A stretch of 28,326 bases of DNA, taken from the IMG/VR virus record IMGVR_UViG_2529292734_000016; one strand, written 5' to 3'. The notes beneath the pieces were generated by a model. That model was given only the letters and a program-made list of their open reading frames with translations. It did no database searches and was not told the origin of the DNA. The stretch is from a virus (Duplodnaviria > Heunggongvirae > Uroviricota > Caudoviricetes). Position numbers and translations under genes: made by a program. Below are positions 1 to 6,966 of the stretch, piece by piece (the stretch's first letter is position 1; every line of letters begins with the position of its first letter).

Positions 1-990
1 GTGAGAGCACTACTGACCCCTGAAATTGCCCCGCGTATGGGGATCGTATTGTTCAGGCCAGGTTCAGAGCTGATGCCCCTGTTTATGCAGGGGCGTGTCC
101 TGCTGGAGCCTGAGCCAGAACGTTATTCATCTTTCGCCAGTGGTGCCGTTCCGGCGGCATCACAACCGCTGGCGGATGATCCTGCCGTTCGGGCCGTGTT
201 CCGCAATGAGGCAGTGATCCGTCGTGCTGGTGGCGTGGAATGTCTTGAAAGCTGGTTACTTCGTGAAAAAGGCTGCCAGTGGCCTCATTCCGACTGGCAC
301 AGCGAGAACATGACCACAATGCGACACGCTCCGGGCGCAATCCGTCTGTGCTGGCACTGCGATAACCAGCTGCGCGATCAGTTCACGGAACGGCTGGAAT
401 CAATGGCAACGGATAACTGTGCCCGCTGGGTGTTGTCTGTAGTCCGTCGGGATCTCGGTTTTGATGATAACCATGCCGTGACAATGCCGGAACTGTGCTG
501 GTGGCTGATTCGTAATGACCTGGCGGATGCCTTACCTGAAAGCGCAGCCCGTAAGGCGCTGAGATTACCGAAACCTGTTGTGCCGTCTGTCACCCGGGAA
601 AGTGACCTTGTGCCTTCGGTTCCTGCCACCAGCATCATCCAGGATAAAGCGAAAAAGGTGCTGGCGCTGAAAGTGGATCCGGAGTCGCCGGAGTCTTTTA
701 TGTTACGCCCAAAACGCCGCCGCTGGGTTAATGAAAAGTACACGCGCTGGGTTAAGACACAGCCGTGTGCATGTTGTGGAAAGCCTGCTGATGATCCCCA
801 CCACCTGATAGGCCACGGTCAGGGTGGAATGGGTACAAAAGCGCATGACCTCTTTGTGTTGCCTTTGTGCAGAAAGCATCACGACGAGCTGCATGCGGAT
901 ACCGTGGCATTTGAAGAGAAGTATGGCTCTCAGCTGGAGCTGATATTTCGTTTTATCGATCGTGCGCTGGCAATTGGCGTATTGGCGTAA
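1..990 (+). CDS. DUF968-like (YdfU-like) nin-region protein, possibly truncated at the window edge
   Basis: C-terminal Cys/His cluster (CACCGKP...HHLIGHG...KAHD...LPLCRKHHDELH) typical of DUF968 proteins found upstream of Q in lambdoid prophages. ORF runs to position 1 and starts on GTG. Confidence 0.5.
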   Translation: MRALLTPEIAPRMGIVLFRPGSELMPLFMQGRVLLEPEPERYSSFASGAVPAASQPLADDPAVRAVFRNEAVIRRAGGVECLESWLLREKGCQWPHSDWHSENMTTMRHAPGAIRLCWHCDNQLRDQFTERLESMATDNCARWVLSVVRRDLGFDDNHAVTMPELCWWLIRNDLADALPESAARKALRLPKPVVPSVTRESDLVPSVPATSIIQDKAKKVLALKVDPESPESFMLRPKRRRWVNEKYTRWVKTQPCACCGKPADDPHHLIGHGQGGMGTKAHDLFVLPLCRKHHDELHADTVAFEEKYGSQLELIFRFIDRALAIGVLA

Positions 991-1003
991 GTGGAGAACG
1001 AGC

Positions 1004-1756
1004 ATGAACCTTGAAGCCTTACCAAAATATTACTCCCCAAAATCTCCAAAATTGAGCGATGACGCACCGGCGACAGGCTCAGGTGGTTTAACGATTACGG
1101 ATGTGATGGCTGCGCAGGGGATGGTGCAGTCGAAAGCACCGCTTGGGTTTGCCTTATTCCTGGCAAAAGTTGGTGTTCAGGATCCTCAATTTGCGATTGA
1201 AGGTCTGCTCAATTACGCGATGGCACTGGATAACCCGACATTGAACAAATTGAGTGAAGAAAGTCGGTTACAGATCATCCCTTACCTTGTGAATTTTGCC
1301 TTTGCTGATTATTCCAGGTCTGCGGCAAGTAAGGCTCGCTGTGAGCATTGTGCTGGTACTGGATTTCATAATGTATTGCGCGAAGTGGTGAAACACTCCA
1401 GAAGCGGGGAATCTGTTATCAAGGAAGAGTGGGTGAAGGAACTATGTCAGCATTGTCATGGTAAGGGAGAAGTCAGCACAGCGTGCAGAGGGTGTAAGGG
1501 TAAAGGTATTGTCCTGGATGAAAAAAGGACCCGGCTTCATGGCACACCTGTTTATAAGATTTGTGGGCGTTGCAATGGAAACCGGTTTAGCCGTTTACCA
1601 ACCACACTGGCGCGGCATCATGTCCAGAAGCTGGTACCAGACCTGACAGATTATCAGTGGTACAAAGGATATGCAGATGTCATTGATAAACTGGTGACAA
1701 AGTGCTGGCAGGAAGAAGCATATGCTGAGGCGCAATTAAGAAAAGTGACGAGATAA
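1004..1756 (+). CDS. Late-gene antitermination protein Q family
   Basis: Start moved to the in-frame ATG at 1004 (MNLEALPKYYSPK), preceded by GGAGAA. Product has repeated CxxC zinc-finger-like motifs (CEHCAGTG, CQHCHGKG, CRGCKGKG, CGRCNG) and sits immediately upstream of the lysis cassette. Confidence 0.65.
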   Translation: MNLEALPKYYSPKSPKLSDDAPATGSGGLTITDVMAAQGMVQSKAPLGFALFLAKVGVQDPQFAIEGLLNYAMALDNPTLNKLSEESRLQIIPYLVNFAFADYSRSAASKARCEHCAGTGFHNVLREVVKHSRSGESVIKEEWVKELCQHCHGKGEVSTACRGCKGKGIVLDEKRTRLHGTPVYKICGRCNGNRFSRLPTTLARHHVQKLVPDLTDYQWYKGYADVIDKLVTKCWQEEAYAEAQLRKVTR

Positions 1757-1787
1757 ATGATTTTCGCCGAAGATAGCGACATGATGC

Positions 1788-1816
1788 TTGCATTTTTCAA
1801 AAAATCTGGTTAGGAT
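1788..1816 (+). promoter_or_regulatory. Candidate late promoter (pR'-like): -35 TTGCAT, 17-bp spacer, -10 TAGGAT, overlapping palindrome TTAGGATTTTCCTAA
   Basis: Hexamers read directly at 1788-1793 and 1811-1816, just downstream of the Q stop codon. Confidence 0.35.
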
Positions 1817-1866
1817 TTTCCTAACGATGGGCTTTGTATGTCTGCCGTTAACGAAATCATAACAAA

Positions 1867-1894
1867 CCTCGCTTCGGCGGGGTTTTTGCTTTTC
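1867..1894 (+). terminator. Intrinsic terminator (tR'-like) between Q and the first late gene
   Basis: CCTCGC-TTCG-GCGGGG hairpin (6-bp stem with one G-U pair, UUCG tetraloop) followed by TTTTTGCTTTT. Confidence 0.5.
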
Positions 1895-1906
1895 TGGAGG
1901 TCAATA

Positions 1907-2164
1907 ATGCAGGGCGAAAAGCAGCAGCCATATTTTTTTAACCCTGGTATGACTGTTGAACAGCTTGAAGACTGGCTGGAGCAGCAAAAGCTGCATCTAA
2001 GCCGCTATAACCGTCTGGTAAAAGAAAAAGCAGAGCTTGAAGAACGGCTCAGTGATATTTCTGTGGAAATTGAACGAATGTCTGCTGGTGGTTTTAACGG
2101 AAAGTTGAGTTTCCCTTGGGAGTCAAGTTCGCTTCTGAGAAATCATCAACAGGGTAGTGTTTGA
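1907..2164 (+). CDS. Hypothetical small protein, first gene after the tR'-like terminator
   Basis: In-frame ATG at 1907 with GGAGG 7 nt upstream. The annotated upstream start at 1838 would place the terminator hairpin inside the coding sequence. Confidence 0.45.
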   Translation: MQGEKQQPYFFNPGMTVEQLEDWLEQQKLHLSRYNRLVKEKAELEERLSDISVEIERMSAGGFNGKLSFPWESSSLLRNHQQGSV

Positions 2165-2243
2165 CTGAAATAATAAACAGACTGTCATTAAGATCCCTTC
2201 CCCTCATATCTGAGAGGACCAACAGCAATTAAGAGGGGGCTAA

Positions 2244-2630
2244 ATGTCCGATCCGATTTCCGGTACTGGGCTGGCTGGTGGTGCCCTGACGGGTGCCAGT
2301 GTTTATGGACTGCTGACCGGAACTGATTACGGCGTTGTATTTGGCGCATTTGCAGGGGCTGTATTCTACATAGCAACAGCAGCAGATCTGAGTGCATCGC
2401 GCCGACTGGCATATTTTATCGTGTCATATATTGCCGGGATTCTTTGCTCTGGGTTGGTTGGCTCCAAGCTGGCGAACTTGACCGGATACAGTGATAAACC
2501 TCTGGATGCTATTGGTGCCGTAATCGTCTCTGCTTTAGCCGTTAAAATCCTGACGTTCCTGAATAATCAGGATATCGGCTCGCTGGTGGCGCTCATAACG
2601 CGCCGGGGAGGTTCAGGTGGAGCTAAATGA
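2244..2630 (+). CDS. Putative holin or antiholin-like membrane protein
   Basis: Strongly hydrophobic, Gly/Ala-rich 128-aa product with several predicted membrane segments, preceded by GAGGGGG and positioned at the head of the lysis cassette. Confidence 0.45.
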   Translation: MSDPISGTGLAGGALTGASVYGLLTGTDYGVVFGAFAGAVFYIATAADLSASRRLAYFIVSYIAGILCSGLVGSKLANLTGYSDKPLDAIGAVIVSALAVKILTFLNNQDIGSLVALITRRGGSGGAK

Positions 2631-2898
2631 CCCGACAGCAACTATAAATGCGCTGTTATGTGCTTGTGTTGTTATTACTCTGATGTTTTATCGTCGTGGT
2701 GATTCGCGGCATCGTCCTTGGGTTTCACGTTTAGCCTGGCTGATTACTGTTACATACAGTGCTGTTCCGTTGGCCTATCTCTGTGGGATTTATCCTCATT
2801 CCTCATGGCCCATTATCGTGGCGAACACTATTTTTCTTTCCGTGCTGGTGGCCGTCAGAGGCAACGTTGCACGTCTGGTTGATCATCTGAGGCACTAA
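2617..2898 (+). CDS. Putative holin
   Basis: 93-aa protein with 2-3 hydrophobic segments and a charged C-terminus, directly upstream of the endolysin with overlapping stop/start. Confidence 0.5.
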   Translation: MELNDPTATINALLCACVVITLMFYRRGDSRHRPWVSRLAWLITVTYSAVPLAYLCGIYPHSSWPIIVANTIFLSVLVAVRGNVARLVDHLRH

Positions 2899-3512
2899 TG
2901 AACCAACAATTATTTCAAAAGGCGGCTGGTATTAGCGCCGGGCTGGCTGCGCGCTGGTTTCCGCACATTGATGCGGCGATGAAGGAATTCGGCATTACAG
3001 CACCAGCGGATCAGGCAATGTTTATCGCTCAGGTAGGCCATGAGTCGATGGGGTTTAGCGCCGTAGTTGAAAATTTTAACTACACACCATCTGCGCTGGT
3101 GGCGACGTTCGGAAAGAGGATCACACAGCAGCAGGCTGATGCCCTTGGCAGAACATCCGGACATGCAGCTCGTCAGGATGCTATTGCCAATCTGGTGTAT
3201 AGCAACAGACTGGGTAACAAAGCACCAGGTGATGGCTGGAAATATCGTGGTAGAGGATTAATTCAAATCACTGGCCTCCATAATTATCGCATCTGTGGCG
3301 CGGCGCTGAAGTTAGATCTGGTGACTTCACCTGAACAACTGGAACAGGAACTACAGGCTGCGCGCTCAGCTGCATGGTTCTACACATCTAAAGGCTGCAT
3401 GGTCTACGGTGCCGATATTAATCGTGTTACGCGCATCATTAACGGCGGTATGAACGGTATTGAGGATCGTAAGGTTCGATACAACAAGGCGCGGGCGGCG
3501 CTGCTGATATGA
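2898..3512 (+). CDS. Endolysin, glycoside hydrolase family 19 (chitinase-like lysozyme)
   Basis: Motifs FIAQVGHES, YRGRGLIQITG and INGGMNG are characteristic of GH19-type phage endolysins; located between holin and Rz. Confidence 0.8.
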   Translation: MNQQLFQKAAGISAGLAARWFPHIDAAMKEFGITAPADQAMFIAQVGHESMGFSAVVENFNYTPSALVATFGKRITQQQADALGRTSGHAARQDAIANLVYSNRLGNKAPGDGWKYRGRGLIQITGLHNYRICGAALKLDLVTSPEQLEQELQAARSAAWFYTSKGCMVYGADINRVTRIINGGMNGIEDRKVRYNKARAALLI

Positions 3513-3970
3513 AGATGAGTTATTGGGCGCTCATTTTAACGTTTATTGCTTGTATTGCTGGTGGTCTTGTCTGGTCAGCTAATCATTACCACAATAAAGC
3601 CATTGAATACAAAAAACAGCGCGACGAAAACGCTATGGCATTAGATTCGGCTATGGCGACGATCTCTGATATGCAGAAGCGTCAACGTGACGTAGCAGAA
3701 CTCGATGCCAGATATACAAAGGAGCTTGCTGATGCTAACGCGACTATCGAAAGTCTCCGTGCTGATGTTTCTGCTGGTCGTAAGCGCCTGCAAGTCGCCG
3801 CCACCTGTGCAAAGTCAACGACCGGAGCCAGCGGCATGGGCGATGGAGAAAGCCCAGGACTTACAACAGATGCTGAACTCAATTATTACCGTCTCCGAAG
3901 TGGAATCGACAGGATAACCGCGCAGGTTAACTACCTGCAGGAGTACATCAGGACGCAATGCCTGAAATAA
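3509..3970 (+). CDS. Rz: i-spanin (Rz)
   Basis: N-terminal transmembrane segment (YWALILTFIACIAGGLVW), coiled-coil-like periplasmic domain, and an embedded +1-frame lipoprotein gene. Confidence 0.75.
   Translation: MKMSYWALILTFIACIAGGLVWSANHYHNKAIEYKKQRDENAMALDSAMATISDMQKRQRDVAELDARYTKELADANATIESLRADVSAGRKRLQVAATCAKSTTGASGMGDGESPGLTTDAELNYYRLRSGIDRITAQVNYLQEYIRTQCLK
3732..3917 (+). CDS. Rz1: o-spanin (Rz1), fully embedded in Rz in another frame
   Basis: ATG at 3732 with AAAGGAG 7 nt upstream; lipoprotein signal with lipobox VSAC and a proline-rich mature region (KSPPPVQSQRPEPAAW). Confidence 0.65.
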   Translation: MLTRLSKVSVLMFLLVVSACKSPPPVQSQRPEPAAWAMEKAQDLQQMLNSIITVSEVESTG

Positions 3971-4002
3971 TTTTTTTTGCAAATCACAAAGTCCATTTAA
4001 TG

Positions 4003-4026
4003 AGCCTCGCGATGCGGGGCTTTTTG
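4003..4026 (+). terminator. Intrinsic terminator after the lysis cassette (first of two)
   Basis: AGCCTCGC-GAT-GCGGGGCT hairpin (8-bp stem with one G-U pair) followed by TTTTT. Confidence 0.5.
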
Positions 4027-4032
4027 CAATAA

Positions 4033-4057
4033 ATGCGTACCGCAACGCATGTTTTTT
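4033..4057 (+). terminator. Intrinsic terminator after the lysis cassette (second of two)
   Basis: ATGCGT-ACCGCA-ACGCAT hairpin followed by GTTTTTT. Confidence 0.5.
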
Positions 4058-4172
4058 ACACCGAACCTGCCCCTTTGGAATGGGCCTTTGAGGATACCAG
4101 TTAGTGCTGGCGAGCCTCGGTGGGCTGGTTTCCTGTGCGGCAAAGGTTCATTTCAAAGAGTAGGTACACGCT

Positions 4173-4670
4173 ATGAAATCATTAACCCTCTTCAATCAAC
4201 CAATTCGTATCGGTGAAGATGGCATGATCTGCCTCACTGATATGTGGAAAGCCAGTGGTAAAAGTGAATCTGAATCTCCGTACCACTACCTGCGAAACAA
4301 GCAGACCAAAGAGTTCTTAGCTGAGCTGGAGAAAAACCACGAATCTGTGGTTTTTACTGAGCGCGGTGTACACGGTGGAACATATGGCGGGAAGTTTGTT
4401 GCTTACGATTATGCGGCTTGGTTAAACCCCGGGTTCAAGTACGCGGCCTATAAAGTCCTGGATGACTACTTCACCGGAGAACTTCAGCATCGCAACAGCT
4501 TAAGTGCGCAGCTCAACATGAAATGTCATGAGTTTGACCAGAAGAAAGACATGGCGAGCTTCTGCGGACAAGGGCTGGCGGCATGGCGCTATACGAAGCC
4601 AGTGTTGGTCGCTGAGATTAACTCCCTGGCTAACCAGCTGCAGATAACGATCCCCGGGCTTCCGGGATGA
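4173..4670 (+). CDS. KilA-N domain protein
   Basis: N-terminal region (FNQPIRIGEDGMICLTDMWKASGK...YAAWLNP) resembles KilA-N/Bro-N DNA-binding domains of phage antirepressor-like proteins. Confidence 0.6.
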   Translation: MKSLTLFNQPIRIGEDGMICLTDMWKASGKSESESPYHYLRNKQTKEFLAELEKNHESVVFTERGVHGGTYGGKFVAYDYAAWLNPGFKYAAYKVLDDYFTGELQHRNSLSAQLNMKCHEFDQKKDMASFCGQGLAAWRYTKPVLVAEINSLANQLQITIPGLPG

Positions 4671-5086
4671 GTGATCGTGTCATTGAATGCGCCTCCAGAG
4701 CGGGGCACGACTTCTCAGAGTTCATGAAAGGCGAGAAGGGCATGATGGAAGCATTGGCCTCGGTGGATGAGTTTGGCGAGCAGCTGCGCCTCAACGGCTG
4801 TGTCAATCATCACTTTGTTAGCTACATGATGCGGAACTCGATCATGCAGGCATTCATGGACATGGCAAAAGCCGAGAGGAAAGAAGAGCGCCGGCGTAAG
4901 CGAGCGGAAGCAAAAGCGGACCAGCAGCGTACTGAAGAACATGCCGCAGCAACTGAAGCGGTTGCAGAACGCCGGGTAGAAACAACGAAAGAGGCCAGCA
5001 ATGTACAGCAGAGTGTTAACCATATGCTTGGCGACGATGTTGATCGTGAGCTGCGCAACAACTGGACCCGCCCCGGTAGTCGTTGA
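4667..5086 (+). CDS. Hypothetical protein, translationally coupled to the KilA-N gene
   Basis: ATGA stop/start overlap at 4667-4670; charged Arg/Lys/Glu-rich central segment; no recognisable family. Confidence 0.45.
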   Translation: MSDRVIECASRAGHDFSEFMKGEKGMMEALASVDEFGEQLRLNGCVNHHFVSYMMRNSIMQAFMDMAKAERKEERRRKRAEAKADQQRTEEHAAATEAVAERRVETTKEASNVQQSVNHMLGDDVDRELRNNWTRPGSR

Positions 5087-5231
5087 TACCGCGTGCGATT
5101 GGGTTAAGCCTATCTATCTTACTGACCACGATATTTCCGCTATGGATAAACAGATGAAGCGCGACATCCTGACGCATAACAAAACATGGCAGTCGAACTG
5201 TTTGAAGGGAGAAACTGAAATGAAGCAGTAA
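5001..5231 (+). CDS. Putative small lipoprotein
   Basis: Signal peptide with lipobox-like LIVSC; GAAAGAGG 6 nt upstream of the ATG; overlaps the 3' end of the preceding gene in another frame. Confidence 0.45.
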   Translation: MYSRVLTICLATMLIVSCATTGPAPVVVDTACDWVKPIYLTDHDISAMDKQMKRDILTHNKTWQSNCLKGETEMKQ

Positions 5232-5512
5232 AGCGGACAGACCGCCCTTACAAGCCGCAGTCATGATGCTACCCCGAGTCTCAATGAGAGCCAGATGCAG
5301 GTCCAAACTGCAATACGCGCTGGTGAGGGTTAACGAAGAAAAAGGCGTACCGGTACTCCAGAGCGATCGCCAGTCGCTCACCGGTTAGAGGTGAGGGATT
5401 CATGAGATACCCCTGACTACAGACTCAAGGGCATGAGCGCGGCCACTGCGAGAGTGTGGTTTATAACCGCTAAAAAATTTATACTCCATGGGCATTGAGC
5501 ATGGAGGGTTGA

Positions 5513-5920
5513 ATGAAACTAGATATCGATTATTTAAAGTCGTTCTTAGCTTTATTTTTAGAATCTGAAAATCCATTTGTTTCGACAGATGAGTTGGCTA
5601 AAGCCGGTTACGATATTTCAGATGCTGTTGGATATTTTCACTACACCCAGCTAATTGAAAAAGGATTCGTGAGTACCTTGGATCTCAGGACGGGCAACCC
5701 AAAAGAGTTGGGATTAGTATTTTCTACAAATAGCATCACAAGCTGGTCTACTTACATCAGGCTAACTTCAAGCGGATATGATTTTGCATTGTCATTAAGT
5801 AAGCCGGATGTTTTTGAAAGATTGAAAGAGTTGAGCAATGAACCCATCGGGGTTTTGAAGGATGTTGGTGTTGAATTGCTTAAGTCTTATGCCAAGAAGA
5901 AGCTTGGTTTATCTGATTAG
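5513..5920 (+). CDS. Hypothetical protein in an AT-rich single-gene cassette
   Basis: 135-aa ORF in a visibly AT-rich block with candidate -10 TATACT at 5480-5485, GGAGGG RBS and a downstream intrinsic terminator. Confidence 0.55.
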   Translation: MKLDIDYLKSFLALFLESENPFVSTDELAKAGYDISDAVGYFHYTQLIEKGFVSTLDLRTGNPKELGLVFSTNSITSWSTYIRLTSSGYDFALSLSKPDVFERLKELSNEPIGVLKDVGVELLKSYAKKKLGLSD

Positions 5921-5947
5921 TATTACTTTCAAATAAAATGAAGTAGG

Positions 5948-5980
5948 AAGCCACAGGCATGTGCCGGTGGCTTTTTTTTA
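5948..5980 (+). terminator. Intrinsic terminator after the AT-rich cassette
   Basis: AAGCCAC ... GTGGCTT stem followed by an 8-T run. Confidence 0.55.
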
Positions 5981-5991
5981 TTGGAGTAAAT

Positions 5992-6342
5992 ATGCCACCC
6001 CGGACACCTAAAGCTTGCCGTGTTCGCGGCTGCCGCTCTACAACAACAGACCCATCAGGTTACTGCGAGTCCCACAAAGGCGAAGGCTGGAAATCCTACA
6101 AATCGGGACAATCCCGGCATCAGCGCGGCTACGGTTCGAAGTGGGATGTTATCCGTGAACGAGTGCTGAAGCGTGACAAAGGCCTGTGTCAGTTATGTCT
6201 GCATGCCGGTGTGGTGCGTGAGGCGAAAACTGTTGACCACATCATCCCTAAAGCGCATGGCGGCACTGATGCCGATATTAATCTGCAGAGCCTGTGCTGG
6301 CCGTGTCATAAGGCGAAGACGGCCCGTGAACGACTTAAGTGA
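5992..6342 (+). CDS. HNH endonuclease (phage packaging-associated)
   Basis: ATG at 5992 with GGAG 5 nt upstream; HNH motif (CQLCLHAG...VDHIIPKAHGGTD...NLQSLCWPCHKAK); positioned immediately upstream of TerS as in HK97-like phages. Confidence 0.8.
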   Translation: MPPRTPKACRVRGCRSTTTDPSGYCESHKGEGWKSYKSGQSRHQRGYGSKWDVIRERVLKRDKGLCQLCLHAGVVREAKTVDHIIPKAHGGTDADINLQSLCWPCHKAKTARERLK

Positions 6343-6467
6343 TAATAATTCTCAACTTTCTGAGGGGAGGGGCGGGTCAAATCTCTATGACCTGACGTCT
6401 TCCGGACTGCCCGCCCCATCGTTTTTTTATACCCGCGAAAAATGAAATTTAACCAGGAGTGCCGCAT

Positions 6468-6953
6468 ATGGCTGGAACGGCGGGGCGTTCCGGGCGTCGC
6501 CCCAAGCCAACGGCGCGCAAGGCGCTGGCCGGAAACCCCGGCAAGCGAGCCCTGAATAAAGATGAACCTGTTTTTACGCCCATCAAAGGTGTTGAGCCAC
6601 CGGAGTGGTTCGCTGAAGAAGATCTCCCTCTCGCCACGATCATGTGGCAACTGACAACCAAAGAACTCTGCGGTCAGGGCCTGCTGTGCGTGACTGACCT
6701 GGCGGTACTTGAGCGGTGGTGTGTGGCCTATGAGTTCTGGCGACGTGCCGTGAAAAATATTGCCAGACAGGGTAACACCATCACCGGTGCAATGGGTGGC
6801 ATGGTCAAAAATCCGGAGCTGACCGCCAAAAAAGAACAGGAGTCCGAGATGAGCAGCACGGGGGCAATGCTCGGACTCGACCCCAGCAGCCGCCAGCGTC
6901 TGATTGGCCTGGCGGGGAAGAAGAAAGCCACTAACCCGTTTCTGACAATCTGA
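6468..6953 (+). CDS. Terminase small subunit (P27-like family)
   Basis: ATG at 6468 with AGGAG 9 nt upstream; N-terminal GRSGRRPKP motif and position directly before the large terminase. Confidence 0.7.
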   Translation: MAGTAGRSGRRPKPTARKALAGNPGKRALNKDEPVFTPIKGVEPPEWFAEEDLPLATIMWQLTTKELCGQGLLCVTDLAVLERWCVAYEFWRRAVKNIARQGNTITGAMGGMVKNPELTAKKEQESEMSSTGAMLGLDPSSRQRLIGLAGKKKATNPFLTI

Positions 6954-6966
6954 AAATCATCGAATC

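Noticed and set aside
378-1005. Minus-strand ORFs 378..743 and 703..1005
   Set aside because: Antisense to the DUF968-like and Q genes; no RBS or family features.
1838-1906. Upstream ATG start (1838) for the first late ORF
   Set aside because: It would put the UUCG hairpin terminator and T run inside the coding region; the in-frame ATG at 1907 has a GGAGG RBS and lies after the terminator.
4667-5231. Second spanin pair (4667 ORF as i-spanin, 5001 lipoprotein as o-spanin)
   Set aside because: The 139-aa protein lacks an N-terminal transmembrane segment, and a complete Rz/Rz1 pair already exists at 3509-3970.
5016-5381. Minus-strand 121-aa ORF
   Set aside because: GTG start without a convincing RBS, and it largely overlaps the better-supported plus-strand lipoprotein gene.
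5959-5991. Annotated start at 5959 for the HNH endonuclease ORF
   Set aside because: That start lies inside the terminator hairpin; the in-frame ATG at 5992 with a GGAG RBS is the likely start.
6173-6445. Plus-strand 90-aa ORF overlapping the HNH gene in another frame
   Set aside because: Alternative frame of the HNH gene running into the intergenic hairpin; no start signals.
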